Shown here: piece by piece, positions 63,601 to 64,000 of the stretch
How the letters are laid out: the number at the start of each line of letters is the position of its first letter
How positions within the stretch are numbered: the stretch's first letter is position 1
Assembly: GCA_028023455.1 (NCBI GenBank)
Contig: JAQFVV010000003.1
Location: 4,030,001-4,094,000 of the forward strand
Direction of reading: 5' to 3'
DNA length: 64,000 bases
Source: Epiperipatus broadwayi
Taxonomy: Eukaryota > Animalia > Onychophora
Notes under the pieces: generated by a model
What the model was told of the DNA's origin: nothing
What the model saw: the letters and a program-made list of their open reading frames with translations, nothing else
Database searches by the model: none
Position numbers and translations under genes: made by a program

Positions 63601-64000
63601 CACACAGGAAGCCCTGGAATTCAGCTCTTCAAATTAAAACACCTTGACAAGCTAACTGGCAAATGCCTGTTCCAGCTGGCTAATTATTTATCACAGGGAA
63701 TAATAACAATGGAGGGGATTAATACGATCGTGATGGTGCTGTTTAATAAAATAAAAAAAAAGAAGCCCATCCTTTTGTTATCAGAGATAAGGACAATATC
63801 AATGGGTTCATTGCCCATAAAGATTTTAGAAAAGTAATTAAAGATAAGATAAAACCGTTTATTTTGCCGATGATTTCTCTAGCTCAATTTGCAAAAAAAC
63901 ATTCTATTTTGACATCGGTTAGAGAAAAGAAAAGATATGGCCTGATTGTTGTACAGCTGGATATTGCTTCAGCTTTTGACAATGTTAATATATCTGTACT
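60645..64000 (+). mobile_element. L1/Tx1-like LINE 5' part: ORF1 with CCHC knuckle, APE endonuclease and start of RT (runs off the window); disabled
   Basis: CFACRERSHLIIDC (61524-61565), SFNVRGLNS, GLLETK, ILIGDFN, RTISM, VVQLDIASAFDNV. Confidence 0.92.

Overview
AT-rich, CpG-depleted, repeat-dense eukaryotic DNA, most likely from an invertebrate animal. No intact host protein-coding gene can be supported; there are only a few low-confidence candidate micro-exons. The window is mostly decayed transposable elements: a Ty3/Gypsy pol with its 3' LTR, L1/Tx1-like, RTE and other APE-type LINEs, a Tigger/pogo fragment, two 8-bp-TSD TIR elements (Merlin-like), a tRNA-derived retrocopy, and two copies of an unclassified ~2-kb TG...CA element with 4-bp TSDs. 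The main finding is three repeat families carrying type-I hammerhead ribozyme (HHR) motifs. The best one has 4 copies (23.5 kb and 46.4-47.5 kb) and couples a minimal HHR with a palindromic stem III to a tRNA-like Pol III A/B-box promoter. It forms a tandem with 487 nt between predicted cleavage sites plus an inverted copy, all inside one 16-bp TSD, so it looks like a SINE-like retrozyme or Penelope pLTR-type system. A probable Penelope GIY-YIG remnant lies at about 20.1-20.5 kb. Everything was read by eye; no searches or folding programs were run, and ends of degenerate elements are approximate.
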